The position numbers and the translations under genes were made by a program. Of a DNA stretch of 64,000 nt, positions 62,400-64,000 are shown in pieces. The number at the start of each line of letters is the position of its first letter. The stretch's first letter is position 1. The stretch spans positions 23,148,015 through 23,212,014 of the forward strand of contig OZ316893.1 in assembly GCA_973895155.1 (NCBI GenBank). Direction: 5' to 3'. The stretch is from Marsupella aquatica. Taxonomy: Eukaryota > Plantae > Marchantiophyta. The notes below the pieces were generated by a model. The model had not been told where the DNA came from and searched no databases. It worked only from the letters and a program-made list of their open reading frames with translations.

Positions 62400-63852
62400 G
62401 TTGTTTTCTTCTCGTGCAGTCATGCCCGTCTCCAGTCGGTCCGGTCCGGTCCGGTCCCACCACTGCCCTCTCCCGTCATGTTTATAGTCCCCGTTCCGCC
62501 ATTACTCCTCTCCACCCTCCTCCATCGATCTCCCATCTCCCCTCTCTCCTCATCGCTCTCCTCATTACACGGCGACAGCCCCCGCCTGCCCGCCCCTGCA
62601 TGCCTCTGGGGATTTGATTTTCCCTCTTCGGCTCCTACTCGCCTCGTCCCCTCCGTCTTCTGCCCTTCTGCCCTGCTGCCCTGCTGCCCCAGCCCGCCTC
62701 GTCTGCCCCACTCTCGCTCCCTTTATTATATTTATTTATTCCGGTACGTCACTCTCGCTGCCCGTCCGCATCATTCCGTCCCGTCGCTGCAGCAGAGGAT
62801 TTGTTCTTTTTCTTATTCTTATTCTTGTTTTTTTCTGATTTCTATTTTGTGCTGCCGCAGCAGCGGATTTTTTTCGATTTGTTTACTGCGTATATAAACT
62901 TACTCGAGAGCTAGTCAGTCAATCACCCCACTCTATCTATCTATCATCATCATCAGCGGGGCAGTGCAGTGCAGTGCAGAGCAGAGCAGAGCAGAGCAGT
63001 GTAGTGCAGTGTTGTTGTTGTTGTTCCTTTGCGATTCATTGCTCTGCAGCGCTTTTACTCTCTGATCAGACGCACGAGGACGAGAAGCCAAGCAAAGCAG
63101 AGCAGAGCAAAGCAAAGCAAAGGGAGCAGAGCAGAGAGCAAACAAGCTTTGCTCATCTGGTTGGCTGAGCTGTGGGTCATTCTGCCGCCTTCGTCACTTC
63201 ATTTCCATTCGTTGCGTTTCGGGTCGGTTCGGTTCGGTTCGGTTCGTTTCAGTTGGGGTGGGTTCGATTCGATTCGATTCGATTCCAGGCTTTTCCATCG
63301 ATTCCAGGCTTTGCAACGCTTCGCTGGAGTGCGAGGGGTTCTGCGTGGACGACTACGGTAGCTTCGTGGGCACTGAGGGGCGGCGAGTCGGGGATCCATT
63401 GTGCCTGCGTTGCTTTGAAAAATCAGTCGTTCATTCCTTGCTTCGGTACGTGAGTAGCTCGCTCGACATTGTTGCGCTTCGGCTCTCGCTTTCATTTAGG
63501 CCCGATGTTGTCAATGGCATGTCGTCGTGGTGTGAGGCAGTCGCATAGTGTTGGGTCGTGTTGCAGGTAGTGTATTGTTTTGTTTCCGTGCGCTTCGTCC
63601 TACGCTAGCAAGCAATTTATTGTGAGGAGGTCTGGGCCGAATCGTGTGAACTGTGACTGAGAGGACCAGAGCCTTCAGTTTGGATGGATTCTTGTTAGAA
63701 TTCTGTTTCTTTCAGCTCAGCTCTCTCATTTCTCTGCGAATTTTTTTCTTTGGGCTTTCAGGCGTCGTTGGGATTCCGTCATTAAGCTGGGGAAGGAGAC
63801 TTTACAGTCTGTGGAGGAGGCCCCGCCGCAGCAGCAGCAGCAGAGGGTGAAC
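62400..63852 (+). promoter_or_regulatory. Promoter and spliced 5' leader of a downstream gene
   Basis: GC/CG-rich, pyrimidine-rich leader; TATA-like TTTATAG at 62481; donors CG|GTACGT after 62743 and 63445; acceptors CAG before 63308 and 63762; intronic (GCAGA/GCAGT)n, (TTCGG)n and (TTCGA)n microsatellites. Confidence 0.6.
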
Positions 63853-64000
63853 ATGACGGAGGCAATTACGACGACGATTCATCTGAATGGGTCCAATGGC
63901 TCGACGAAGGGGTCAGTGGTTGCTGTGGGCAGCAAAAGGTATCACATGGGGGATTCGGCCACCACCACCCCTCAGCTGCACACGAACGGTTCCGCAATGC
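63853..64000 (+). CDS. N-terminus of an unidentified protein (runs off window)
   Basis: aacATGacg opens MTEAITTTIHLNGSNGSTKGSVVAVGSKRYHMGDSATTTPQLHTNGSAM..., open to the window end and downstream of a strong acceptor. Confidence 0.55.
   Translation, partial: MTEAITTTIHLNGSNGSTKGSVVAVGSKRYHMGDSATTTPQLHTNGSAM

Noticed and set aside
62550-62740. Conserved-peptide uORF (VTC2/SAMDC type)
   Set aside because: None of the hallmark peptides (GGRGALPSEGG; YEAPLGYSIEDVRP) is present.

Overview
Eukaryotic, intron-containing, transposon-rich land-plant nuclear DNA; the element spectrum suggests a bryophyte or other non-seed plant (inference). One host gene is recognisable: the 3' six coding exons of a nuclear poly(A)-binding protein (PABN/PABPN1 family, + strand, 814-3454). 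A second, unidentified gene begins at the right edge (+ strand, ~62.4-64 kb). In between are decayed mobile elements: a CRE-clade non-LTR fragment, L1 LINE fragments, a PIF/Harbinger pseudo-element (Myb/SANT ORF1 plus DDE transposase), a Gypsy gag remnant, LTRs, MITEs/foldbacks and many tandem repeats. The most unusual structure is a head-to-head pair of decayed homologous ORFs at ~14.6-17.6 kb. They diverged with synonymous-biased changes and form a long imperfect inverted repeat (candidate endogenous viral element or hairpin-RNA locus; protein family not identified). Also notable are a tandemly duplicated first-exon-like unit at ~40-41.3 kb, a 122-bp templated inverted insertion, a TIR element with CCCTGGG ends, and an A-rich tract downstream of PABN. 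All analysis was by eye; no database search was run.
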